Origin: Calditrichaceae bacterium
GTDB taxonomy: Bacteria > Calditrichota > Calditrichia > Calditrichales > JBFXGD01
Assembly (NCBI GenBank): GCA_050173015.1
Contig: JBFXLE010000007.1
Location: 119,658 to 183,657 of the forward strand
Direction of reading: 5' to 3'
DNA: 64,000 nt
Each line of letters begins with the position of its first letter. Within the stretch, counting starts at the first letter, position 1. The notes beneath the pieces are model-generated. The model was not told the DNA's origin, did no database searches, and worked only from the letters and a program-made list of their open reading frames with translations. The position numbers and the translations under genes are program-made. Positions 44,816 to 54,397 of this stretch are shown here, one piece after another.

Positions 44816-45826
44816 ATGAGAAAATTCACTTCAATAATTGTGGTTCTGACTTTTTGTATGATATTACCGGTTCTGCTAATCGCCCAGGATCACATCGAAA
44901 AAAAGCAAGGCGTGTATGAGTATGTAGTCACTAAGGCGAATGGTGATTTTAATCAGGTGTCATCTTCCATTGAAAACGCCGTCAATGTCAAAGGTTATAA
45001 ACTTCTTGCTAAAATGGATACAGGCTTAAAAGAGGAATGCTCGTACAAATCCCGCGTATTTGTAATTTATGATTCAGTCTATGCCGAAAAATTGATGGAT
45101 ATGAATAAATTAACAGCGCCATTTGGCATTATTGACCGCTTCAACCTATTTGAGGATGAGGACGGCATTCATATTAGTATCGTTAACCCGGTTTCCATAA
45201 ACCGGACAATATTGATGGAAGATGAAAAGAATCTGTCTTTCCTAAATCAACACAAAAATAATCTCAGGGCCGTAATCGAAAAGGCAGTATCCGGAACTAT
45301 GACCAGCGTCCAGTATGGCGAATTCAGGAAAAAAGGATACATCGGCCGTACCATGGGTGTAATGGCAGGCGGTGACTTCGACGGTAAAATTGAAGAAGCA
45401 GCCGTAGTTACAGGAATGGATCTTCCCGTTGTTTTACAAAAACTGCAAAAGGGATTTGAAAAGAGCGACGGTAAATGGAATCTGCATCTCATTTACTCGC
45501 TGAATGTTCCCGGAAAGCAACTCGCTGTCCTTGGTTTAAGCAGCTCCGCGGTGGAAGGCAAATCTTATTCAATCGTCAAAAACGGCAATGATAATAATCG
45601 GGATGGATTCTCATGTCCGGGTCTGGCTCATGCAGCGGCTTATCCTCTGGAAGTGGTTGTGGTGAAGGAAAGTGACGGTATAAAAATTAAAATTGTTGAC
45701 GCCATGTTCAGGATGAAAATGTACTTTGAAGATGCCGGAATGATGGCATTCGCGAAAAACATGACCATGCCCGGATCAATTCAGGACGAAATAAAAGATA
45801 TGATTAAATCCGCGCTTGAACTGTAA
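44816..45826 (+). CDS. Exported protein, two DUF302/TT1751-like domains (tentative)
   Basis: Signal peptide; two similar alpha/beta halves (F..V...IE.A....GY.LL / RFNLFEDEDGIHISIVNP and YPLEVVVVKE..GIKIKIVD). Confidence 0.55.
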   Translation: MRKFTSIIVVLTFCMILPVLLIAQDHIEKKQGVYEYVVTKANGDFNQVSSSIENAVNVKGYKLLAKMDTGLKEECSYKSRVFVIYDSVYAEKLMDMNKLTAPFGIIDRFNLFEDEDGIHISIVNPVSINRTILMEDEKNLSFLNQHKNNLRAVIEKAVSGTMTSVQYGEFRKKGYIGRTMGVMAGGDFDGKIEEAAVVTGMDLPVVLQKLQKGFEKSDGKWNLHLIYSLNVPGKQLAVLGLSSSAVEGKSYSIVKNGNDNNRDGFSCPGLAHAAAYPLEVVVVKESDGIKIKIVDAMFRMKMYFEDAGMMAFAKNMTMPGSIQDEIKDMIKSALEL

Positions 45827-45850
45827 ACACATTCTGACTGATTAACTTCT

Positions 45851-45889
45851 AAAAATCCCCGCTAATTTTTAAATCGCGGGGATTTTTTT
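45851..45889. terminator. Bidirectional terminator between 45826 gene and rhodanese
   Basis: AAAAATCCCCGC...GCGGGGATTTTT. Confidence 0.8.
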
Positions 45890-45915
45890 CTTTTTTCAAA
45901 GGATGATTTGATTTT

Positions 45916-46245
45916 TTACTCGAGTTTTGCGGAATCGACAGGATATCCCTCCTCATTCCACGCAACGATTCCCCCCGCCAGATTGATAAGGTTAGAGTAG
46001 CCCCTTGATGCCAGGTAAGTTAGAAGATCAGCGCTCCTGCTGCCGGTCCGGCAATAAATGACAACATCCCTGTCCCCCGGTAATTCATCCATACGACGGC
46101 CAATTTCACTCATGGGCAGCCACCGTGATCCCGGGATTCTCGCTTCAGCGAATTCGTGTTCCTCGCGTATATCAATAAATTCAATCCCGTTATCAAATTC
46201 GGTTTTAGCCGTGTCAGGCCACATATTACGAAATTTTGAGTTCAT
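45916..46245 (-). CDS. Single-domain rhodanese (sulfurtransferase)
   Basis: IDIREEHEF...RIPGS, active-site YCRTGSRS, NLAGGIVAW; start ATG 46245. Confidence 0.93.
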   Translation of the reverse strand: MNSKFRNMWPDTAKTEFDNGIEFIDIREEHEFAEARIPGSRWLPMSEIGRRMDELPGDRDVVIYCRTGSRSADLLTYLASRGYSNLINLAGGIVAWNEEGYPVDSAKLE

Positions 46246-46501
46246 ACAATTGCTGCCATTCAGTTTATAAGATCCATTAAACAAAAATAACAAAAAATTA
46301 TTTCTATAATTATCTTAAATTTCTGATCAAACACTGCAATATTGAATTAATTAAGTATCACCACAATGCAAATTCCCGGACTAATTTTGATCAGATATCA
46401 CCATTGTACTAAGATTTGTAAAAAATCCGTCGTATAATGATATTTTAACAACATGCAGCATTTTTTCAAAAAAACATTCTTCCACCATCCGGGTTACAAA
46501 A

Positions 46502-46915
46502 ATGAGAATTAAAAGACGTATTCTTCTTATTAATGATCGAGAAGATGAAATTATATTAAGAATGTTTCTGATCAAAAAATGGATTTCTGAATCAAAAAAT
46601 GATAAACCCTATCTTATCAGTTTATTCAAAGCTTTAAACTCAAATGAAGCTTTCAATACACTCATCAGTAATGGTTTTGAATTCGACCTTATTATAACGG
46701 ACCTCGAACGTGGGGATGATGATCCAATAAAATTTATACAATTCTGCAAAGAATTTTTCCCTGATATCAAAGTGTTGGTTTTAAGCTATCACTCTGAGAA
46801 AAACCTTCTTGAACTCGGACAGGATGCGGATTTCGCTTTGTCTGCCGCGGAAAGTTACGAGACTACTGTTGCAGTACTGGATCACTTGTTGTTTAACCGA
46901 CCTCTTAATATTTAA
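46502..46915 (+). CDS. Stand-alone atypical receiver-domain protein
   Basis: RILLIND, FDLIITDL, IKVLVLS; conserved Lys absent. Confidence 0.65.
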   Translation: MRIKRRILLINDREDEIILRMFLIKKWISESKNDKPYLISLFKALNSNEAFNTLISNGFEFDLIITDLERGDDDPIKFIQFCKEFFPDIKVLVLSYHSEKNLLELGQDADFALSAAESYETTVAVLDHLLFNRPLNI

Positions 46916-46949
46916 AAAGCTATCAAAAATATATTTTTTGATAGCTTTT
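46915..46949. terminator. Bidirectional terminator between receiver gene and pntB
   Basis: AAAAGCTATCAAAAA-tatat-TTTTTGATAGCTTTT. Confidence 0.7.
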
Positions 46950-46978
46950 GATTATTAAGACGCTTTTCGATTGGCTTC

Positions 46979-48358
46979 CTACAGTTCTTTTACCTCTCTC
47001 ACCAGGTCGGTCACCATCTTTTTTGCGTCCCCAAACAGCATCATCGTTTTATGATCATAAAATAATTCATTGTCCTCCCCGGCAAAGCCCGGACTAAGAC
47101 TCCGTTTTACAATCATGACGCTTCTGGCCTTATCGACATTAAGAATGGGCATACCGTAGAGCGGACTTTCCTTTTTGTATCGGGCGGCGGGATTAACAAC
47201 ATCGTTAGCTCCGATGACCAGCGCCACATCCGTATTTTGAAAATCATCATTAATTTGATCCATTTCAACCAACTGATCGTATGGTACATTCGCTTCCGCC
47301 AGCAGGACATTCATGTGACCCGGCATACGGCCCGCGACAGGATGAATAGCATAACGAACATTGACACCCTTGGCCATCAGCAGAGTGGCCAGCTCCTGTA
47401 AAATATGCTGCGCCTGGGCTACGGCTAATCCATATCCCGGTATAATAATCACTGACTGAGCGCTGTCCATCACCATCGCGGCGTCTTCCGCGGAATATTC
47501 CGTGACCTGTGAACGCTCCCCGGCCGACATCTCTCCGGTTCCCCCTTCTGTACCAACCGCTCCAAACAGTACATTCGTCAAAGAACGATTCATTGCTTTA
47601 CACATAATCTGTGTTAATATAAGACCGGAGGCTCCCACCAGGGCACCTGAAATAATTAATACATTATTTGAAAGCACAAATCCCGTGGCGGCGGCAGCCA
47701 GACCGGAATACGAGTTCAGCAATGAAATTACCACCGGCATATCCGCACCACCTATCGGTATGACCAGCATAATTCCAAGCACAGCCGATATCCCGATGAT
47801 TATCAGGAGAAAATTGATTAATAATGGATCAAGGACAACAAATACACCGAGAACCACAACCGCGATAATAAAAATCACATTAATGGCCTGATGCATAGGG
47901 ACTACAATTGGCGCGCCCCTCATGATACCCTGCAGTTTGGCAAAGGCGATCAGACTGCCGGTAAATGTGACGGTTCCGATCAGCAGACTTAGTATCATAG
48001 TGATAATCACATCATTGGTCATGCCCATACCGCCTGAATGAATGTATTCGGCAAATGCCACAAATGTTGACGCGACACCTCCAAACCCGTTGAAAAGCGC
48101 CACCATCTGAGGCATTTGCGTCATTTCAACCTTTTTGGCGGCAATTCCGCCAATGGCCGCGCCGATAATCAGACCGGCGATGATATATGTGAAGTCCAGA
48201 ATGGATCTGTCTAGCAGTGTCATGACCACGGCCAGAAGCATCGCGATCATGGCCAGCAGATTCCCTTGTCTTGCTGTTTTTGGTGAGCTCAGTTTTTTCA
48301 GACCGAAAATAAAAAGCGCTGCAGCAATCAGATAAACCACATTTGTAATCGTTACCAT
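46979..48358 (-). CDS. pntB: NAD(P) transhydrogenase beta subunit
   Basis: GGADMPVVISLLNSYSG, HPVAGRMPGHMNVLLAEA, GANDVVNP. Confidence 0.98.
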   Translation of the reverse strand: MVTITNVVYLIAAALFIFGLKKLSSPKTARQGNLLAMIAMLLAVVMTLLDRSILDFTYIIAGLIIGAAIGGIAAKKVEMTQMPQMVALFNGFGGVASTFVAFAEYIHSGGMGMTNDVIITMILSLLIGTVTFTGSLIAFAKLQGIMRGAPIVVPMHQAINVIFIIAVVVLGVFVVLDPLLINFLLIIIGISAVLGIMLVIPIGGADMPVVISLLNSYSGLAAAATGFVLSNNVLIISGALVGASGLILTQIMCKAMNRSLTNVLFGAVGTEGGTGEMSAGERSQVTEYSAEDAAMVMDSAQSVIIIPGYGLAVAQAQHILQELATLLMAKGVNVRYAIHPVAGRMPGHMNVLLAEANVPYDQLVEMDQINDDFQNTDVALVIGANDVVNPAARYKKESPLYGMPILNVDKARSVMIVKRSLSPGFAGEDNELFYDHKTMMLFGDAKKMVTDLVREVKEL

Positions 48359-48660
48359 CAGTTGCTCCCCTTCTTTTCTTTGTCCTTTTTAAACATTTCC
48401 AGCATCCGGTCAGTAACCATAAATCCTCCGACCACATTGATCGTGGCGCTGATCACGGCGAGCATTCCCAGGATTTTCCCAAGCTCATCAAATCCGCTGC
48501 CGGCGCTGATCAAAGATCCGACCAGGGTAATACCCGAGATCGCGTTTGATCCTGACATTAAAGGCGTATGCAGTAAAGGCGGAACTTTTGTGATGACTTC
48601 AAAACCCACAAACATTGCCAAAACGAACACATAAAGAGAAACCATTATCACGTCATTCAT
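48358..48660 (-). CDS. pntA: NAD(P) transhydrogenase alpha subunit part 2
   Basis: VPPLLHTPLMSGSNAISG, VTDRMLEMF. Confidence 0.97.
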   Translation of the reverse strand: MNDVIMVSLYVFVLAMFVGFEVITKVPPLLHTPLMSGSNAISGITLVGSLISAGSGFDELGKILGMLAVISATINVVGGFMVTDRMLEMFKKDKEKKGSN

Positions 48661-48661
48661 T

Positions 48662-49795
48662 CTATTTACCTCCGCTTGTTACTGCTTTCGCGATTGCATC
48701 ATTGAGGATATTTCCGTCATGAGTGATGCACGCGCCCTTTGTAATTTCGTCATCAAAATCAAACTGCTCATTCTGATAAAGATGTTTTAACAGATTTGTA
48801 ATATTTTTGGAATACATCTGACTGGCATGAACAGGCAAAGTCGCGGGCAAATTTACCGTTCCGTTAATAATAACTCCGTTCTTTTCAATAATCTTATCCG
48901 CCTGAGTCAGCTCACAGTTTCCTCCCTGTTCCGCAGCCAGATCAATAATAACAGAACCGGGTTTCATCATTTTCACCATTTCTTCCGTAATAAGAATCGG
49001 CGCTTTTTTGCCGAATATCTGAGCCGTGGTTATCACGGCGTCGATCTTTGGCAGACGGGCTCCAATGGCTTCCTGTTCTTTTTTGAGAAATTCATCCGAT
49101 TGTTCTTTCGCGTATCCGCCCGATGTTTCAGCGTCTTCCGGCATCTCCATTTCTACAAACTGCGCCCCGAGACTCTGAACCTGTTCCCTGACCGCGGCGC
49201 GCGGATCAAACGCTTCGACTTTCGCTCCGAGACGTTTAGCCGTGGCGATTGCCTGTAATCCGGCCACACCCGCCCCAAGCACGAACACGCCGGCCGGAGG
49301 AATAGTACCGGCGGCAGTCATCATTAGCGGAAAAATCTTGCCTAAATGATTGGCTGCAAGCAGCACGGCTTTGTAACCCGCCAGTGTCGCCATCGAACTT
49401 AACGAGTCCATACTTTGAGCTCGGGTTATTCTTGGGATAAATTCCATTGCGAATGAAGTAATTTTACGGTCCGCTAATTTTTGGATCACATCAAGATTGT
49501 TAAATGGCGCGAGGTAGGATATGAGGTGACCGCCATTTTTTATCATTTCAACTTCTTGCGGCTGTGGTACCTGTACTTTAATGATGACATCTGCCGCCTT
49601 GTACAATTCCGCGCTATTTTTACAAATCTGAGCTCCGGCTTCTTTATATTGATCATCACTGAAAGAAGCAGCGGTCCCGGCGCCTGACTCTATGAACACT
49701 TCATGATTATTGCGGGTTAGCGAGCTGATCATTGATGGAATAACCGCCACACGCGTCTCACCTTTTGTGATTTCCCTGGGAATTCCGAATTTCAA
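48662..49795 (-). CDS. pntA: NAD(P) transhydrogenase alpha subunit part 1
   Basis: PRITRAQSMD.LSS, GAGVAGLQA, GGYAKE, GGNCELT. Confidence 0.97.
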   Translation of the reverse strand: MKFGIPREITKGETRVAVIPSMISSLTRNNHEVFIESGAGTAASFSDDQYKEAGAQICKNSAELYKAADVIIKVQVPQPQEVEMIKNGGHLISYLAPFNNLDVIQKLADRKITSFAMEFIPRITRAQSMDSLSSMATLAGYKAVLLAANHLGKIFPLMMTAAGTIPPAGVFVLGAGVAGLQAIATAKRLGAKVEAFDPRAAVREQVQSLGAQFVEMEMPEDAETSGGYAKEQSDEFLKKEQEAIGARLPKIDAVITTAQIFGKKAPILITEEMVKMMKPGSVIIDLAAEQGGNCELTQADKIIEKNGVIINGTVNLPATLPVHASQMYSKNITNLLKHLYQNEQFDFDDEITKGACITHDGNILNDAIAKAVTSGGK

Positions 49796-49976
49796 TTTTA
49801 CCTCCCCTGTTATTTTTGTTTTCCATTTAATATGATATTCATTTGAAGAAAACGAACTGAATATGTTACAAATAATATTTCTTGAAACGAATCTTTTATA
49901 TAAATCAAACTGACTATCTTTGTTAAATTTCTGCTATTCCTTGGGCCGCGCTTGGACAAGTATTGAATTTATCAGA

Positions 49977-51521
49977 CTAAAAAACGGTATGAAGCCAGTA
50001 ACCGAGAATCATCAGACTGCCGGTAAAGAAATGGATACCGACCGTTGAAGCATTCACCTTTAACAATTCATACGGCATTCTTTGCCGGTCCGCGTCGACT
50101 CTGTTCCAGCGGATCATCCACTCTTCACCCCATTTTACCGCGTGTCTTACAAGCACCAACGGGAGCAGAGAAATCAATACAAATGGCGTGGCAAGAGCGG
50201 GGCGGAAGAAGCCAATTATACCCAGCATTAAAATGAACGCAAAACTCATATAATTAAATATGGCATAGTATTTAAAAGGCCGTTCATACAGGACATGATC
50301 ATCCTTGAAACCGGCCAGCCTTACTACCCAGGTAATTTTTCCCGCTTGTTTATCGGATGGTAAATCCTGAAATTGATTGATCCATACAACCAGCATGATC
50401 AATAAAGCAACCGGTATCGACGCGAGTAAGGGCTTTTGCCAGCTCCAACCCAGACTATTGGCATTAAGATACGGCGCGGTTAACACATAATGTGTGCCCA
50501 GCACCATCACCGGACCGAATCCCAGCGCGATTGCCGGCTCTCCCCATCCGTGATAGGACAGGCGAACCGGATTCCAGGTGTAAAATATTCCCAACGCGAT
50601 TCCGAAAAACCCAAACCACAAAAGCGGGCTGTTTCCAAAATAGAATCCGGTGATCATCATATTTAATTCTAATCCGATATAGATCGTAGCGCCAAAGGAC
50701 ACAATCGTGGCAAACAGAACTTTCGACGGCGCCATTAAACCCGCCTGTATCATCCGGCTGCCGCCGTTAAACGGACTGAACACTTTATTATATTCATCCG
50801 CCCGGCTGGTATGATCGAAATAATCATTACCCATATTTGTTCCGGCCTGCGCCAGAATCGCCCCCGTGAGAATAAGCCAGAACGTTGACCAACTCCATGT
50901 GCCAGACGCGCCTCTGCTGAGCAGATCATTCCACGCGATCACCGCGCCAAGCAAGACCGGCACAATCGCCGCCGTAAAAAACGGAGCCCTGACCGCCCTC
51001 AACCACAGTCCTACTCTTGCGTAAACGGACTGCAACAGGTCTGCCATGACATTCACCCGGTTTTCAGGATATTCACGCCATTCAAATTTGTCCTCCGCAT
51101 AAAAATCAACGTATTTGACGCGGACAGGTTTAATCCGGTAATATCCGACCACTTTGTTTTTGATCAGGAACTGGTCATTCATGTATTCCTTAAAGGCGGT
51201 TGTCTTTTCCAAAATAAGATCATGCGCTCGTTCTTCTTCGGATTTATCTTTTATCCGGTGACAAATCCCCTCCATCTGAATACCGCGGATTCCTTCCTGA
51301 CCGACCGGCCATATAACAGCCTGAATTTTGGGATTAACACGAATCTGTTCAGCTTTACGCGTGGGATTAAAAGTAAAAAAAACAAGATCCCGGTCATCCC
51401 TGGCGAAGAATACGGATGCCCCGGAACTGTTATTGTTCACAGACGTCGCGATAACCATCCTGTCCGCTTCGTCCAATAGCCTGCCTATCCTGAGATCAAG
51501 TTCATCCAAATTATTCTTCAT
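49977..51521 (-). CDS. Fusion: N-terminal PPOX-like split-barrel domain + MenA-like UbiA-family prenyltransferase
   Basis: N-term TRKAEQIRVNPKI..GIQMEG..YYRIKP; C-term RAVRAPF, NMGNDYFD, GGSR, NQFQD..SD..AGKIT, about 9 TM. Confidence 0.82.
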   Translation of the reverse strand: MKNNLDELDLRIGRLLDEADRMVIATSVNNNSSGASVFFARDDRDLVFFTFNPTRKAEQIRVNPKIQAVIWPVGQEGIRGIQMEGICHRIKDKSEEERAHDLILEKTTAFKEYMNDQFLIKNKVVGYYRIKPVRVKYVDFYAEDKFEWREYPENRVNVMADLLQSVYARVGLWLRAVRAPFFTAAIVPVLLGAVIAWNDLLSRGASGTWSWSTFWLILTGAILAQAGTNMGNDYFDHTSRADEYNKVFSPFNGGSRMIQAGLMAPSKVLFATIVSFGATIYIGLELNMMITGFYFGNSPLLWFGFFGIALGIFYTWNPVRLSYHGWGEPAIALGFGPVMVLGTHYVLTAPYLNANSLGWSWQKPLLASIPVALLIMLVVWINQFQDLPSDKQAGKITWVVRLAGFKDDHVLYERPFKYYAIFNYMSFAFILMLGIIGFFRPALATPFVLISLLPLVLVRHAVKWGEEWMIRWNRVDADRQRMPYELLKVNASTVGIHFFTGSLMILGYWLHTVF

Positions 51522-51653
51522 TGGTTCTCCGTTTCAATGAAAAATTACCGGCCCTTACCTGATAAAATAAATCTTCTGAAAACTATGCACAGAACTTATG
51601 ATCTACAACTCAAAAACAAATCTTTCGACAAGTAATCATTTTTATATTACAAA

Positions 51654-53630
51654 TCACATCGAGTTTTGAATGGCGTTGACCGCGCCGGGATCTTCCAGTC
51701 CGCTCAGATCACCCATCGCCTCCTGTAAATACGCCGCTCTGATAATACGATGCATCACTTTGGCATTCCTGGTTTTTGGAAGCGCTTTTACAAAACGAAC
51801 TTCTTTTGGCTTCAATGCTTTTCCAAGACCGGTGGCTACTAATTCATGCAGCTCCGATCTAACTTTTTCATCAGGTTTATAACCCTTCCTGAGCACGCAG
51901 AACCCAATGACTTCCTGATCCTTAATTGGATGAGGAACACCGATAGCCGCCGACTCCGTCACAGCCGGATGACTGTTTAAGATCGCTTCAACTTCAGCGG
52001 GTCCCAGGCGTTTTCCGGCGATTTTTATTGTATCATCGCTTCGACCGAGGATAAACCAAAGATTTTCATCGTCAATCGCGGCAAAATCGCCATGAAGCCA
52101 CATGTTACCAAACCGGCTCCAGTAAGTATCCAGGTACCGCTGACGGTCATCCCAAAAACCGCGGGTCATCCCGATCCAGGGTTTTCGGATTACCAACTCG
52201 CCTACCTCACCGCGAACCGAATCTCCGTTTTCATTCACCACATCGGCATCCATTCCGATTACCGGGCCGGAAAAAGAGCATGGCTTCAGCGGTTTAAAAA
52301 AATTTCCGCATAAAATACCGCCGCTTATTTCCGTGCCTCCCGAATAATTAAAAATCGGTTTTTCACCACTTAATATATTTTTAAACAACCAAAGCCATGA
52401 ATCCGGATCCCACGGACTGCCCGTTGACCCGGCCATCCGCAGGGAGGCGACATCATGTTTTTTGACTGCATCAGGTCCATGAGTTTTAAGTGTCCGTATG
52501 AGCGCGGGAGATATCCCCAGATGAGTAATATGATGGCTTTCAATCAGTGACCATAAACGATCGGGTTCGGGATAATCAGGCGCGCCTTCATAAAACACCA
52601 TGGTAGCTCCAATGATCAGCGAGCCAAATACTTCCCACGGACCCATCATCCAGCCCATATCGGTCATCCAATACATGACATTTCCGGGTTTTAAATCCAT
52701 GGCGTAGAACATATCCATCGCTGCTTTAACCGGAAATCCGCAATGACTATGCACAGCCCCTTTCGGCTTTCCGGTCGTCCCGCTGGTGTAGATGAGCATC
52801 GCCACATCTTCCGCGTCAGTTTTTTCGGTGATCGCTTTGTCCGATTGCCTTGGAATGAGTTCATGCCACCAGTGATCTCTTTCTTCCACCCAATTTATAT
52901 TTTTTCTGGAGATATAATCGACCACAATCACATGCTTTACCGAAGGGGACTCGAGCAAGGCCTCATCGGCGATGGCTTTCATACCGATACTTTTTCCCCT
53001 GCGGTAGTAACCGTCTGCGGTTATAAGCGCCTTTGCGCGGCAATCATTCAATCGGCTCGATATGGCCGAAGGGCCGTAGCCGCTGAACAAGGGAAGTATC
53101 AATCCGCCTATTTTTAGTATTGCCAGAAACGCGATAGCCAATTCCGGTATCATCGGCATCAGCAATCCCACAGAATCCCCTTTTTTAAGTCCCAGTGAAC
53201 GCAATCCGTTGGCGCACCGGTTTACTTCATGATACAGTTCTTCATAGGTAAGAATTTTTACGGATCCTTCTTCATTTTCCCAGCGAATTGCCGCCTGATG
53301 ACGAACTTTTGTTTTTTGCCATTTATCCAGACAATTATGTACAATATTCATTTTACCGTCAACACACCAGACCGGCAACTCGATACCGCCGCTGGTATCC
53401 AGCACATTCGAGTATGGTTCATAGAAATCGATTCCCAGATCTCGGATTACCGCGTCCCAAAACCAGGAAGCGTCATTGATAGACCGTTCCATCAGATGAT
53501 CATAGTCAGCAATATCATGTTTAGTCATGAATTTTTTCAGATTGCTGTCATCCATCCATTCTTTTACCGGTTTCCAGACTATTTTCTGATCAAAAGGAAA
53601 AGAGGCAAGCTGTTTCTGTTTACTGGGCAT
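51654..53630 (-). CDS. AMP-forming acyl-CoA synthetase (acetyl-/acetoacetyl-CoA synthetase-like)
   Basis: YTSGTTGKPKG, SGGTE, GRSDDTIKIAGKR, PKTRNAK; start ATG 53630 behind GGAG. Confidence 0.9.
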   Translation of the reverse strand: MPSKQKQLASFPFDQKIVWKPVKEWMDDSNLKKFMTKHDIADYDHLMERSINDASWFWDAVIRDLGIDFYEPYSNVLDTSGGIELPVWCVDGKMNIVHNCLDKWQKTKVRHQAAIRWENEEGSVKILTYEELYHEVNRCANGLRSLGLKKGDSVGLLMPMIPELAIAFLAILKIGGLILPLFSGYGPSAISSRLNDCRAKALITADGYYRRGKSIGMKAIADEALLESPSVKHVIVVDYISRKNINWVEERDHWWHELIPRQSDKAITEKTDAEDVAMLIYTSGTTGKPKGAVHSHCGFPVKAAMDMFYAMDLKPGNVMYWMTDMGWMMGPWEVFGSLIIGATMVFYEGAPDYPEPDRLWSLIESHHITHLGISPALIRTLKTHGPDAVKKHDVASLRMAGSTGSPWDPDSWLWLFKNILSGEKPIFNYSGGTEISGGILCGNFFKPLKPCSFSGPVIGMDADVVNENGDSVRGEVGELVIRKPWIGMTRGFWDDRQRYLDTYWSRFGNMWLHGDFAAIDDENLWFILGRSDDTIKIAGKRLGPAEVEAILNSHPAVTESAAIGVPHPIKDQEVIGFCVLRKGYKPDEKVRSELHELVATGLGKALKPKEVRFVKALPKTRNAKVMHRIIRAAYLQEAMGDLSGLEDPGAVNAIQNSM

Positions 53631-53740
53631 AAATTTCTCCGGTGTCTTCAAAAGTTAAATCAGGGCATACCCTATTCATGTGCCATTTATTAAATCTGCT
53701 CAGTGAAATTTCAATAAAAAAAGTGATTCTTAAATCTAAT

Positions 53741-54361
53741 TCATGATTTATAAATTTTACGTTCCAATGAGAAACGCCTGCCAAGCGTAGTGTACTCCGC
53801 TCCGGCTAAACGTCCCACGGGATTTAGCATACCGGTGTCAATCCGTCCATTCTCAAGAAGAGCATCATCCACATGAAACAGAACGATCTCACCAATCACT
53901 AAGAAACCGCCACCCTGTTCAGCGGGGCCGATTTCAATGATCTTGTACAATTTGCATTCAAAGCTTATGGGCGATTCCTGCACTCTCGGCGGTTTTACGA
54001 TCACTGACTTTACCGGCGTGAGTCCCGTTTGTTCAAACTCGCTGATCTCAGGAGGAAACTCTGTGGCGGCGTCATTTACCTGTTCAATGATTCCCTCCGT
54101 GACGATATTAACAACAAATTCTTTGGTTTGTTCGATATTGTTCAACGTATCCTTTTTCAAGCCGTCATTTCCCCTGCGGGTCGGTGAAAAACAAATGGTG
54201 GGCGGCTGCGAAGTGATTCCCGTAAAAAACGAGAATGGCGCCAGATTCGCCAGTCCATCCGTGGAGAGCGTTGAGACAAACGCGATGGGACGGGGAAGAA
54301 TGCTTCCGATCATTAACTTGTAGTTTTCTTTAAATGTCTGTTTTTTAGGATCAAATATCAT
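53741..54361 (-). CDS. Flavin reductase-like (flavoredoxin/DIM6-NTAB) protein
   Basis: PRPIAFVST, NLAPFSFF, KDTLNNI, ESPISFEC, VGRLAG. Confidence 0.9.
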   Translation of the reverse strand: MIFDPKKQTFKENYKLMIGSILPRPIAFVSTLSTDGLANLAPFSFFTGITSQPPTICFSPTRRGNDGLKKDTLNNIEQTKEFVVNIVTEGIIEQVNDAATEFPPEISEFEQTGLTPVKSVIVKPPRVQESPISFECKLYKIIEIGPAEQGGGFLVIGEIVLFHVDDALLENGRIDTGMLNPVGRLAGAEYTTLGRRFSLERKIYKS

Positions 54362-54397
54362 ATCTTCCTTCCGGTGTGTTTCGTTTTTTATATCTGT

